Below are positions 20,573 through 29,539 of a DNA stretch of 64,000 nucleotides, piece by piece. The notes under the pieces are model-generated. The model was given only the letters and a program-made list of their open reading frames with translations. It was not told the DNA's origin and made no database searches. The translations under genes and the position numbers were made by a program. This DNA is from Gammaproteobacteria bacterium. GTDB taxonomy: Bacteria > Pseudomonadota > Gammaproteobacteria > CAJXQU01. Numbering within the stretch: position 1 is the first letter of the stretch; each line of letters opens with the position of its first letter. The stretch covers positions 1,664,001 through 1,728,000 of the forward strand of contig CBDEGZ010000003.1 of NCBI GenBank assembly GCA_965238175.1. Direction: 5' to 3'.

Positions 20573-21013
20573 CTAATCAAATAAATCAGGCTGTACAGAT
20601 AAAAGACGATCAATGAAGATCAAATGAGCAAAACCATTATAAAGATGGTTGTATTTCAGGCTCATATTCATGCAAGGATCATCGCAGATAGAATAGTCCT
20701 CGTTTTCTGGATCAGTAGATAATCGGTAAGCTTGTAATTTACGTGCTTGCTCACGATAGATGGACAGATCTGATTTCAGCTCATTAAGGCAAATCACTCG
20801 CAAGCGACGTAATGCTGCTGAACGAGCAGGCTCTGCCTTAGCATCAATCTGGTTAATATCATTCTTTCGGTATCCCGGATAGTTTGATAACTGTACTGCG
20901 TTAAGAATTTCCTTAGGTGTTGGTACGTGACCACCAAGCTTGTAATACCATGGATGACCGGGGCGATAGTCACGGCTACTGAGAGTTTCATATTGTTTTG
21001 ATTGGTTGCTCAT
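20573..21013 (-). CDS. Hypothetical protein
   Basis: 146-aa ORF with strong RBS GAGGAGA. Confidence 0.75.
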   Translation of the reverse strand: MSNQSKQYETLSSRDYRPGHPWYYKLGGHVPTPKEILNAVQLSNYPGYRKNDINQIDAKAEPARSAALRRLRVICLNELKSDLSIYREQARKLQAYRLSTDPENEDYSICDDPCMNMSLKYNHLYNGFAHLIFIDRLLSVQPDLFD

Positions 21014-21017
21014 AATG

Positions 21018-21250
21018 GTATCTCCTCATTGTTGAATTAGACGGTTTCCGTCTTTGTGAACAACGATAAGGCGTGCAAAGACATTTAGCCTGTGTCCATC
21101 TATTTTGTGGGGGACCGTTAGGAAGACTTGCGGCAGGATTGCCGCTTTAGTCGCGCTTACGGGAAAAATGGATTGACACAGGCGCTTTGTGCGCTAGTGT
21201 TCACCGTCAAAGACGGGAGCTGTCCTAATCACGCATGAACCGAGAGGTAC
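21018..21250. promoter_or_regulatory. ~230-nt imperfect stem-loop, candidate Frpo-type ssDNA promoter
   Basis: TCCGTCTTTG/CAAAGACGGG, GTGAACA/TGTTCAC, GCCTGTGTC/GACACAGGC pairings; TTGACA (21173) -16 nt- TAGTGT (21195) on the distal arm. Confidence 0.65.
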
Positions 21251-21303
21251 TTTTTTGATAAACAGTAGAGATAGTAAGTATTGAGATTTCTGTTATGGAA
21301 TTT

Positions 21304-21328
21304 AAAAAGCCCAACCAATGTCGGGCTT
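21304..21328 (-). terminator. Rho-independent terminator downstream of parE
   Basis: AAGCCCGAC-loop-GTTGGGCTT followed by a T run on the minus strand. Confidence 0.6.
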
Positions 21329-21531
21329 AATACATGGAGGTTTCATTACAAGCTCTCTCACTTAACTCACAACTAACCAGAGCATATTCTAAAAAATAAC
21401 AGTCCATTATGATCAATCCCAACCCTGCAAACGATTGTTATTTAAATATGAGCTGCATCAATGTTATTGGGTGATCAGTGAGGATGTTATTACGCAATGT
21501 AAGATTGATTGAATAGTTTTTAGGCAGGTGT

Positions 21532-21828
21532 TTATTCCTGTTGGGAAAAACGATTTTCGGATTTAATTAATCCCATAATTTCTATATTGTTATCAACAAT
21601 ACGGTAGAAAACAGAATGCTTGCCGTAGACACTTCGGCGATAACCAAGTCTTATTTCATCTACAGCGCGATAAAGGTAGGGGTTTTCACAAAGAGCATCA
21701 AAATGGGATAAAAGGCCATCGTAATAGTGATCGGCTTGGGTTTCGCCCCACCGCCTAAAACCATCCACGTAAAGATTTTCTAAATCGTGATCAGCTTCTT
21801 TTGAAATAACGAGTAAATATTTAGGCAC
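21532..21828 (-). CDS. parE: ParE/RelE-family toxin
   Basis: ISKEADHDLENLY..G...WGETQADHY, GYRRSVYGKHSVFYR. Confidence 0.92.
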   Translation of the reverse strand: MPKYLLVISKEADHDLENLYVDGFRRWGETQADHYYDGLLSHFDALCENPYLYRAVDEIRLGYRRSVYGKHSVFYRIVDNNIEIMGLIKSENRFSQQE

Positions 21829-22066
21829 CTTTTTTCAATCGTGTTTTTGCCTCTTCACGAATTTGTTCAGCGGTGCGGTCACTTACCCCGCCTTGTTCGG
21901 CACGGATGAGTTTGGCGCGAAGGAGTTCTATCTCATCATGTTGTTGTCTGGCTTTACGGATGAGGTCATTGACCACGTCACTACGGCTGGAAAACTCCTC
22001 ACTTTTGATCTGCGCTTGAATCCACTCGTCATTCGGTGGGGTAATAGAAATACTGGCTCTTGTCAT
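21821..22066 (-). CDS. parD: ParD-family RHH antitoxin
   Basis: MTRASISIT...EFSSRSDVVNDLIR...LRAKLIRAEQGG; overlaps parE; ATGATGCAT/ATGCATCAT palindrome upstream. Confidence 0.88.
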   Translation of the reverse strand: MTRASISITPPNDEWIQAQIKSEEFSSRSDVVNDLIRKARQQHDEIELLRAKLIRAEQGGVSDRTAEQIREEAKTRLKKGA

Positions 22067-22181
22067 ATTTTCGACTCCAAATAAGTGATTCACATATGAT
22101 GCATAATAGCATCATTAATGCATCATAGTCAAGAAAAAGCGAGGTAAACACTCTTTGAGGAAGCTATCAGATACAAAATCG

Positions 22182-22904
22182 TTACGGCGTTATTGCTGGC
22201 ACTGACACGTTGGATTGTAGCTTTACTTCTTGAAACATGTTTGGTGACGTAGGTGCTGGGTCAGGAGTTGTTTTTTCCATACCAGGAACGTGTGCTTGAA
22301 CAGGTTCGGGCATATCCTCTAATAATTCTGCATTTAATTCTTCAATATCTTCAGCAGATAAATGACCTTCAGAAACTCGTTCACGTGCATCATCAAGTTT
22401 TTCTTGATACTCAACGAGTTCATTCTTTCTTGCTTCTAGTTTGACACTAATATCAATATTTTTTTCGAAGTCTTCTGCTGTGGGTAGATTGGAATCGATC
22501 AAATCAAAGTCAAGCTCATCAGGACTGACGTCTTTGCCATGCTCATCAATGACACGTGAACCGTCTTCTGACTTAAAAACCCTTCGCCCATCTTCCATCA
22601 CATAAGCTTGAGCAAGCATTGCTTCAATTTGTGCATTAACAGTATCAAGTTGTTTCTGATTTTCCATGAGAGCGGTTACAGTCGCCGCATCGTATGTATC
22701 TAGCTTTGCTTCAAACGCTTGGATTTCCAGTTCAGTGGCAACGATGATGCCAGTCGCAAATGAACTGACATTTTCTTCAAGCTTCGCTTCAGCTTCTTCA
22801 CGTTGGACTTTATCTTCACGCGCTTTGATAAACCACTTACGTTGACGTAGCCACTCCGAATGGTGGCTATCATCATGTGTAAAATGGTTTACTAAGTTAA
22901 TCAT
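22182..22904 (-). CDS. Hypothetical acidic coiled-coil protein
   Basis: 240-aa ORF abutting the upstream gene; DGRRVFKSEDG insert. Confidence 0.75.
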   Translation of the reverse strand: MINLVNHFTHDDSHHSEWLRQRKWFIKAREDKVQREEAEAKLEENVSSFATGIIVATELEIQAFEAKLDTYDAATVTALMENQKQLDTVNAQIEAMLAQAYVMEDGRRVFKSEDGSRVIDEHGKDVSPDELDFDLIDSNLPTAEDFEKNIDISVKLEARKNELVEYQEKLDDARERVSEGHLSAEDIEELNAELLEDMPEPVQAHVPGMEKTTPDPAPTSPNMFQEVKLQSNVSVPAITP

Positions 22905-23261
22905 TTATTCTCCACATTTTTTCTTAATCAAGACATACACTAATGGTTCTGCGGGTTTATCTGGATGCTGAGAAAACCAAGTCTCAATCGTGTTCCATTT
23001 TGTTTCGCCAGAGTCATAATACCAGTCATAAATACACGTCATTCCGGTTTGATCAGGTTTATCGCGTAAATATCGCGAATAGGCAAATCCTCCGACTACA
23101 CCCGCAATAAAGGATGCCCGTTCTTTGCCATCCATCTTATTTAAAACATCCTCCGCAGTTAAAGCTTGTGCCGTGCCTGCTTGAAGTATAAACACTCCTG
23201 TAATGAGTAATTTTGCGGTAAAACTATTAAGAAATACTGAATTTATTTCCTTATTCCACAT
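22905..23261 (-). CDS. Small exported protein with two Cys
   Basis: Signal peptide ending AQA; MTCIYDW...KKKCGE. Confidence 0.7.
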   Translation of the reverse strand: MWNKEINSVFLNSFTAKLLITGVFILQAGTAQALTAEDVLNKMDGKERASFIAGVVGGFAYSRYLRDKPDQTGMTCIYDWYYDSGETKWNTIETWFSQHPDKPAEPLVYVLIKKKCGE

Positions 23262-23452
23262 AAACGATCCCTTGCGAGAAAGTTTGTTTTCGCAGGGTCT
23301 ATTTTGGTAGAATTATAGAAGAATAAAGTGAAATCAGTAACTTGCCATTTGGTGCTTAAAAGGAAAAAACGCCAAATTAAATTACCTCAGAGGGGATCGT
23401 CTATGTGACGTGGATTCTCCTATTAACACTTAAGGCAAGGTATTGAAATATA

Positions 23453-24049
23453 ATGAAAATAGGCTATTTACGCGTTAGCACGGAAGAGCAGAACGAAAAC
23501 CGTCAAGTTGATGCGCTCCTTCCCATTTGTGACGAAATTCAGTTAGAAAAGCTCTCCGCCGTTGCGAAATCTAGACCGATTTTTGAAGCCGTGCTGAAAA
23601 AACTCAAACGTGATGATACATTGGTCGTATGGAGTTTAGATCGTGCGTTTCGGTCAGTAAAAGACGCATTGATCCAAGCAGACCAATTGAAAGAGCGTGG
23701 TATCAATTTCCAAATAATTAGTCTTGGTGTTGATACCGCAACGGCTGATGGACGACTAGCATTTACTGTTGTTGCCGCAGTTGCAGAACATGAAAGAAAC
23801 CGACTTTCCGAACGTACAATACAAGGTTTAGAAGCTGCCCGAAAACGAGGCAAGATTTTAGGCCCAAAGCGTAAGATGACCGACCGTCAAATTCGTAATG
23901 CCATGAAGCGGATAGAAGCGGGTGAAGATCACAAGAAAATTGCACAGCAATACAAAGTCCATCCCTGGACATTGACGAGAAATATAAATCGTATTACAAC
24001 TGGGGCTGACACCATAAGATCTGTGTCGTATGGCAAAATAACAACGTAG
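23453..24049 (+). CDS. Small serine recombinase (resolvase/invertase)
   Basis: GYLRVSTEEQ, VVWSLDRAFRS, ERTIQGLEAARKRG, C-terminal HTH. Confidence 0.93.
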   Translation: MKIGYLRVSTEEQNENRQVDALLPICDEIQLEKLSAVAKSRPIFEAVLKKLKRDDTLVVWSLDRAFRSVKDALIQADQLKERGINFQIISLGVDTATADGRLAFTVVAAVAEHERNRLSERTIQGLEAARKRGKILGPKRKMTDRQIRNAMKRIEAGEDHKKIAQQYKVHPWTLTRNINRITTGADTIRSVSYGKITT

Positions 24050-24149
24050 TCATGCTGATATAGAGGTTCTATTTCGCTTAAAGTAAATGTGGTTAGTTCA
24101 ACTTTTGTAACCTCAGAACTATAAATTTAAGCAGCTTATAAACAATAAG

Positions 24150-24584
24150 GTGAGTACAATATTTGTGTTACCTGAAGAATGTTTGAAATTACTACTCTTA
24201 GACATCAGGAGTTTGATTCCTGATGAAGAGTTCTGTGGGGTAGGAGTAATTATACATATATCCACAACAGGACTACCAATAGCTCCCCTATGCTCCACTA
24301 TGACCCTGCCGGTAAAGAGTACACTTGCTGAGCAAATTGCGGTTTGTAGTTTTGCTTCGAGTGCTTGCCATGATGGTTTTCAATTAATATCTAGTGATTG
24401 GGAGTTAACTCATAGGAACCAATACTTTGCACCGTTCATTAAAGATAGTATCCCTCTAGTGGATAATGTAGGTGCTCGTTATATGAGTGCTAAATTTGGT
24501 TCTTCTTTAGAAAGCGTGTTATGCACAGGGTTGTTGAATGATCGAGATGGATGCTTAGTGTTTGTCAATGGTGAACTGGTTTGA
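24150..24584 (+). CDS. Minimal diadenylate cyclase (DisA_N/DAC)-fold protein with divergent motifs
   Basis: GVGVII...CHDGFQLI...QYFAP...VGARYMSAKFGS...TGLLNDRDGCLVFVNG parallels DAC GALIV...LHDGAVII...LP...LGTRHRAA.G.S...VVSEETG.ISIA..G. Confidence 0.65.
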   Translation: MSTIFVLPEECLKLLLLDIRSLIPDEEFCGVGVIIHISTTGLPIAPLCSTMTLPVKSTLAEQIAVCSFASSACHDGFQLISSDWELTHRNQYFAPFIKDSIPLVDNVGARYMSAKFGSSLESVLCTGLLNDRDGCLVFVNGELV

Positions 24585-25168
24585 TTAGTTTATTTTCAAT
24601 ACCTAAAATCATTAGTTCTATAGCTACATTGTACGCGCTTTCGGTGTTGATTATATTGATATTTTTTAACATATCTGGCGTAGCAACATTAAGTGTGGCT
24701 TTTAAGGGTGCAGTTGTACTTGATTTCTTACTTATTGGTATCTCTTCTTTTGGATGGAGATGGCTCTGGAGAAAAATCCCTAAACTTAATGATTGGATTT
24801 ATCCTGATCTTAATGGAAAATGGGATGTAGATATTCAATGGAATTGGAACGATAATTCAGGTTCTAAACCTGCGTTGGCATATATCAAACAAAGTCTTTT
24901 CAATTTTAGTATTGAGCTTCAGTCTGATGTTTCAGAGTCAGAAACCTTAGTGGTTTTACCACATAAACAGCCAAAATCAGACCGCCCCGGACTTTACTAC
25001 ATCTATAGGAACCAGGGAAAAGCAGGCGCAGTTCCACGACAAGCGGCGCATATAGGAGCAGCAATTCTAAACCTCAATTCCGAGTCGAATGACTTGCTTC
25101 ATGGGAACTATTTTACTGATAGATCGACGAATGGACAGTACACCCTGCGTCGGAACAACGAAATATAA
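24581..25168 (+). CDS. Cap15-like 2TM + beta-barrel membrane effector (SMODS-associated 2TM-beta)
   Basis: Two TM helices, then WRWLW...PDLNGKW, IKQS, SES, LYYIYRN, H.GAA.L, L.GNYFTDR.T.G; TTG start overlaps the upstream TGA. Confidence 0.88.
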   Translation: MISLFSIPKIISSIATLYALSVLIILIFFNISGVATLSVAFKGAVVLDFLLIGISSFGWRWLWRKIPKLNDWIYPDLNGKWDVDIQWNWNDNSGSKPALAYIKQSLFNFSIELQSDVSESETLVVLPHKQPKSDRPGLYYIYRNQGKAGAVPRQAAHIGAAILNLNSESNDLLHGNYFTDRSTNGQYTLRRNNEI

Positions 25169-25551
25169 AAATTTTGTCTAGGTACAAATACCTTATCCAT
25201 TTTTAACTTGGTTAGCTGACGCTTCTCACCAAGCTCTTTCCCGTGTAACGAGCAGGACATCTTCTATATAAATAGGTTAGACGGGTAGCTTATGCGTTCG
25301 CCAAAAAAATCCAAATAACAACGTCGAAGAAGCCCAAGTTTTGATTGAAGAGTTCATATCACTTCTACCTGGATACATGGTTTCACCTTCGAAACTATAA
25401 AAACCTTAAAACAAATTTTAGTGAAGCCCTTGTTTTTTAGAAAAAGCACTACATATTGTATAATATGAAATATTATGACGAAACATATGGGATTAGAGAA
25501 ATGAACGAAATTCTAACTTATCTTATGTTTTTGACTAATTCATAGGTACTT

Positions 25552-26574
25552 ATGGCCAAACTAAATAGAGAGATATTTCAGATTCTTTCTTTGAGTGGCG
25601 GAGGTGTCCGGGGTTTATACACTATTACTGTACTTGCTGAGTTGGAGCAACATCTTGCTGATGAATTCTCCGACGAGAATTATTGGATTGGCAAGCATTT
25701 CGATCTTATCTGTGGAACGTCCATCGGCGGTATCTTAGCCTTGGGGTTAGCCAATGGACAAACTGCACGAGAGTTACTTGAAATACTCGATTTGAATAGG
25801 AAAGAGATTTTTCCTTTCAAATCTCGGCTAACAAAAATATTCAAGCGTCCATATCAATCACTTTATACAACCACTCCACTCCGTAAAGTTCTTCAAAAAG
25901 CTTATAAAGGTAAAATAATTGGAGATCTCAAGGCCCGGGTATTAGTACCAGCTGTGAACTACACAACTGGTTCTGTTCAGGTTTTCAAAACACCTCACCA
26001 TATAGATTTCCGGAACGACTGGAAACTTACTTTAGTCGATGTGGGCTTAGCAACTAGTGCAGCTCCTACTTTCTTCCCTATTCATACTATAAACGATAGT
26101 AGATACGTTGATGGTGGGTTAGCAGCAAACTCTCCAGCCTTAATGGGTTTCCATGAAGTACGGCAATTTCTTGGGGATTCTAAAACCCAAACTCGAGTAT
26201 TAGTTGTTGGGACAATGGGACAAGAAAAAACAGCAGACCATAATAAAAAACTAAATGCTGGATATGTGGGGGGGTGGTCTATGGGAAAAGCGTTAGTCGA
26301 ACTAACACTTTCTGCAAATGAGGGGTTGCATAATCAAATCCTGCGGCATCTGTTATCAGAAGACTCACTCCTCGAAATAGATGATTCAGCCACAAGTGAA
26401 CAATCTAAGAATTTAGACTTAGACAACGCTTCAGATGTGGCCGCTAGTGTCCTAAAGGGACGTGCTAAGGAAAGAGCTAAGAAGACTATTTCCGAGCCAA
26501 TTTTCAAAAATTTTATTAAGCATCAGGCTCCCAAACCAACTTTCTTTTATGGTTCGAATAAGACTACTCGATGA
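25552..26574 (+). CDS. capV: CBASS patatin-like phospholipase effector
   Basis: LSLSGGGVRG, GTSIG, ATSAAPTFF, DGG; first gene of the CBASS operon. Confidence 0.9.
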   Translation: MAKLNREIFQILSLSGGGVRGLYTITVLAELEQHLADEFSDENYWIGKHFDLICGTSIGGILALGLANGQTARELLEILDLNRKEIFPFKSRLTKIFKRPYQSLYTTTPLRKVLQKAYKGKIIGDLKARVLVPAVNYTTGSVQVFKTPHHIDFRNDWKLTLVDVGLATSAAPTFFPIHTINDSRYVDGGLAANSPALMGFHEVRQFLGDSKTQTRVLVVGTMGQEKTADHNKKLNAGYVGGWSMGKALVELTLSANEGLHNQILRHLLSEDSLLEIDDSATSEQSKNLDLDNASDVAASVLKGRAKERAKKTISEPIFKNFIKHQAPKPTFFYGSNKTTR

Positions 26575-26584
26575 GGACGACTCA

Positions 26585-27772
26585 ATGATTCAAAAAAACA
26601 AAATTACAAAGTTATTACACACAGGGTTTAATAACGAACATTTTTACGAAGAATTGAAGATAACTGATGCTGAGGATAAAGAGCTAAAAGTCTGTCGAAA
26701 TGTCATTCGTTCCTCTTTAAGAAGAGGCTTCAATGAATTAAAGAATAATGTGAATGTCTCTAACTCAGAGCAGTACCAGTATATATACAAACTTACACCA
26801 AAATTCTGGACTCAGGGAAGCTATGTTTACAAAACACTCAATAATCCGGCACACAGCCCACCGCAGCAGATTGATTTAGACGATGGCGTCTATTTTCCAA
26901 TGGATGTTGTTGAAAATAGTCCAGTTGCTGCTAAGAAGGTCTTACTCGAAATTATTGAAGACATTCTTCAACCGCTTTGTACTGTTAATGACTGGATGCT
27001 TATAATTAAATCCACTTGTTTTCGAATACTAGTAAGTAAGCGTATTCATATAGATATCCCCGTTTATGCAATTCCTCAAGATCGTTACCAAATTATGGAA
27101 GCGAAATTCCAAAATAGCAGGACTTTACTTGATGCTGATACATTTCTCGATGAGGAAATTTATCTAGATCCACACAAAATTTATCTTGCGATGCATAATG
27201 ATGATGAACACTGGAAAGCATCAGACCCAATGAAGCTTCAACGATGGTTCCTTGACGAGTGTTCAATTCATGGGCGTCTCAGGCGCGTATGCAGATATTT
27301 AAAGGCATGGAGAGATCATATATGGGAAAAAGGTGGTCCTTCATCAATTACTCTTATGGTAGTTGCAGCACAAACTTTTGATCAACATCTTAATGACACT
27401 GGGAAAGGTTTCCAGACTGACTGTCAAGCTTTATTAGCCATAGCACAAGCTATGCCGAGACAGTTTTCTTCTGAAATAATTAATCCAGCGGAAGAACAAG
27501 ACGAAGAAGTAATGTTCCCTAGAGGCAACTCAAATGAAGAGTTGAAAGAAATCCGAGCGAAGATTCAAGCTTTTAAAGATGAGGTTCAGCTAGCGCTTTG
27601 TGAAACAGAAAATAGTGACACTTGTGTTAAACAACTACGTGAAACATTTGGTCTTCGTATTCCTTATCGACCTGAGTGGGTAGAAAGTATACAAATAGGT
27701 GCCGCAATAAGAAGTCTACCGGCTAAGAAGCAAGAGTATCCGAAACCTCCAAAAACTTTGAAATCAGCGTAG
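26585..27772 (+). CDS. CBASS CD-NTase, DncV/CdnA-like
   Basis: PKFWTQGSYVYKTLN, QQIDLDDGVY, HIDIPVYAIP, SDP, RVCRYLKAWRD; ATG at 26585 after GAGGA. Confidence 0.92.
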   Translation: MIQKNKITKLLHTGFNNEHFYEELKITDAEDKELKVCRNVIRSSLRRGFNELKNNVNVSNSEQYQYIYKLTPKFWTQGSYVYKTLNNPAHSPPQQIDLDDGVYFPMDVVENSPVAAKKVLLEIIEDILQPLCTVNDWMLIIKSTCFRILVSKRIHIDIPVYAIPQDRYQIMEAKFQNSRTLLDADTFLDEEIYLDPHKIYLAMHNDDEHWKASDPMKLQRWFLDECSIHGRLRRVCRYLKAWRDHIWEKGGPSSITLMVVAAQTFDQHLNDTGKGFQTDCQALLAIAQAMPRQFSSEIINPAEEQDEEVMFPRGNSNEELKEIRAKIQAFKDEVQLALCETENSDTCVKQLRETFGLRIPYRPEWVESIQIGAAIRSLPAKKQEYPKPPKTLKSA

Positions 27773-27784
27773 CTTCAGTTTCGG

Positions 27785-29539
27785 TTGCTTCAAGCTAACT
27801 TATCAATAATTGCTGAAACCTTAGTTCAAGAAGGGTTTCAAAAAGTTCAAAGAGGTAATCTAAGTTTCGAGGGGGACATTAAAACGCATGATCTTCATTT
27901 TAGAGTTCGATTTAGCAAAATTGATCCGCTATTTTTAAGGCTCCCCACTGCAACACTTCTAAGTATACCTGACGAAATAGAACACAAATTACCTCACATA
28001 GAGCATAACAATAAGTTGTGTTATCTGGATAAATCAAATACCTACCTAGATCCTTTCGAGCCTAAAAGAACGACACTCATTATTGTTGGTGCTGTTAAAT
28101 CCTTATTAGATTCTTATTTTGAAGAAGCTCAAGTTTCTGACGATTTTGCTGATGAGTTTGGCTCTTATTGGGAAGGAAAATACAGATGTTGTTTGATTAC
28201 TAATCAACAGAGCGGTATATCAAACCTCATCAAGTCACGAGATCTTGAAGGAAAGAATCTATCGGAGTTTATTATCGTAGCTGACGATGAAGAGTTACAG
28301 TATTGGTGTTCTAGAAGAAGTTCTACAAAGTCAGATATGGGACCGTCAAATAAGGCAATTATTCTTTCAATAGAAGAGCCTTTGGTTGTCGAGCATAATG
28401 CTTGGCCACCTCAAGCTTGGCCTGAGTTTATAAAGTGGCTGAGACTTTGTCATCCTGAGACTGAGAGGAAATTACTACAAAATTTACTAACTACACTTAA
28501 AGATAGTAAAAATATCACCATAGCTCTACGCTCAGAGCGTGCAGGTCCATTTGGGGTTCACGTTCAATTTACTAAAAAACTTAGAATAATTGCAGAGCGT
28601 TTTAATTCGTCTAAGAACTCAAAAGCAAATAGGCGTGGAAGGAAGCCTCCCTGGCTCCATTTCCAAACAGTAATAAGTAATCAAAATTTAGTTTCAAGCT
28701 TCTCAAGGTTAGATATAGTTGATGTATCTGAAAAATTCGTATACGAGCGTAATTTACTCTCATCATCATTACTAAATAGGAAAATCGCAATATTAGGGTG
28801 CGGCACGGTAGGTAGTTTTGCCGCTAACTTGCTTGTAAAGGCTGGAGCTGGAACTGGACAATATGGAAAACTAGACTTATTCGATGAAGATTTACTGTCG
28901 AGTTCAAATTTAGGACGTCATTTATTAGGAGTGGATTACCTGTTTGAGAGAAAGGGGGCTGCATTAGCTGATTATCTAATTAAGAGTGCTATACATCAGA
29001 CAAAAATTGAAGGGTTCGAAAATTTTCAGTTATCTAACCTTTGCCGCGTATCGAAATATGATCTTGTGATTGATACTACTGGAGATGAAACATTTTGTAT
29101 GTTGTTAGCCTATGGTATGCACGAATTACGAAGACAAAATATGTGTCCGCCACCATTGTTACACGCCTGGGTAGATGCAAGCGGTCGTGCAGTAAGAGCG
29201 CTAATTGATGACAACTCTGGAGCATGTTTTCGTTGCTTGAAAGTGAAAAAAGGTGGAGGTTTGTTTGAAGAATTAATCGAACGGTACCCTCTTTTCAAAA
29301 ATCAGAAGGATGAAGGTATTGCACGCCTTACTCATTTCCGTTGTGGCGAGAGCTATATACCTTTCGCAGCAGGTGTATCTAGCTCGGTTGCTGGAATGGT
29401 TCAACAGATGGCTTTAGATGTATTTAAAGAAGACCCTGGGCCACGTTTCCGCCACCAGAGCTTTGACACTTGTATTCAAAATACTAAATCTAAAAGCCCA
29501 AATAAAGTTACAGGCTGTCCGTGTTGCAATCCAAATTAG
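27785..29539 (+). CDS. cap2: CBASS Cap2 (E2-E1/ThiF fusion)
   Basis: LPHIE...LCY E2-like region, EFGSYW, LGCGTVGS, SNLGRH, CFRC and C-terminal CPCC zinc ligands. Confidence 0.9.
   Translation: MLQANLSIIAETLVQEGFQKVQRGNLSFEGDIKTHDLHFRVRFSKIDPLFLRLPTATLLSIPDEIEHKLPHIEHNNKLCYLDKSNTYLDPFEPKRTTLIIVGAVKSLLDSYFEEAQVSDDFADEFGSYWEGKYRCCLITNQQSGISNLIKSRDLEGKNLSEFIIVADDEELQYWCSRRSSTKSDMGPSNKAIILSIEEPLVVEHNAWPPQAWPEFIKWLRLCHPETERKLLQNLLTTLKDSKNITIALRSERAGPFGVHVQFTKKLRIIAERFNSSKNSKANRRGRKPPWLHFQTVISNQNLVSSFSRLDIVDVSEKFVYERNLLSSSLLNRKIAILGCGTVGSFAANLLVKAGAGTGQYGKLDLFDEDLLSSSNLGRHLLGVDYLFERKGAALADYLIKSAIHQTKIEGFENFQLSNLCRVSKYDLVIDTTGDETFCMLLAYGMHELRRQNMCPPPLLHAWVDASGRAVRALIDDNSGACFRCLKVKKGGGLFEELIERYPLFKNQKDEGIARLTHFRCGESYIPFAAGVSSSVAGMVQQMALDVFKEDPGPRFRHQSFDTCIQNTKSKSPNKVTGCPCCNPN

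Noticed and set aside
24150-25168. Canonical Panoptes (mCpol + 2TM-beta), or Cap15 as the CBASS's own effector
   Set aside because: The upstream protein shows no GGDD-type palm motif and has DAC-like motifs instead; the CBASS operon has CapV and its own putative promoter region.
26462-26584. N-terminal extension of the CD-NTase in the ORF track
   Set aside because: It overlaps capV by 113 bp; ATG 26585 has an RBS and fits the operon.
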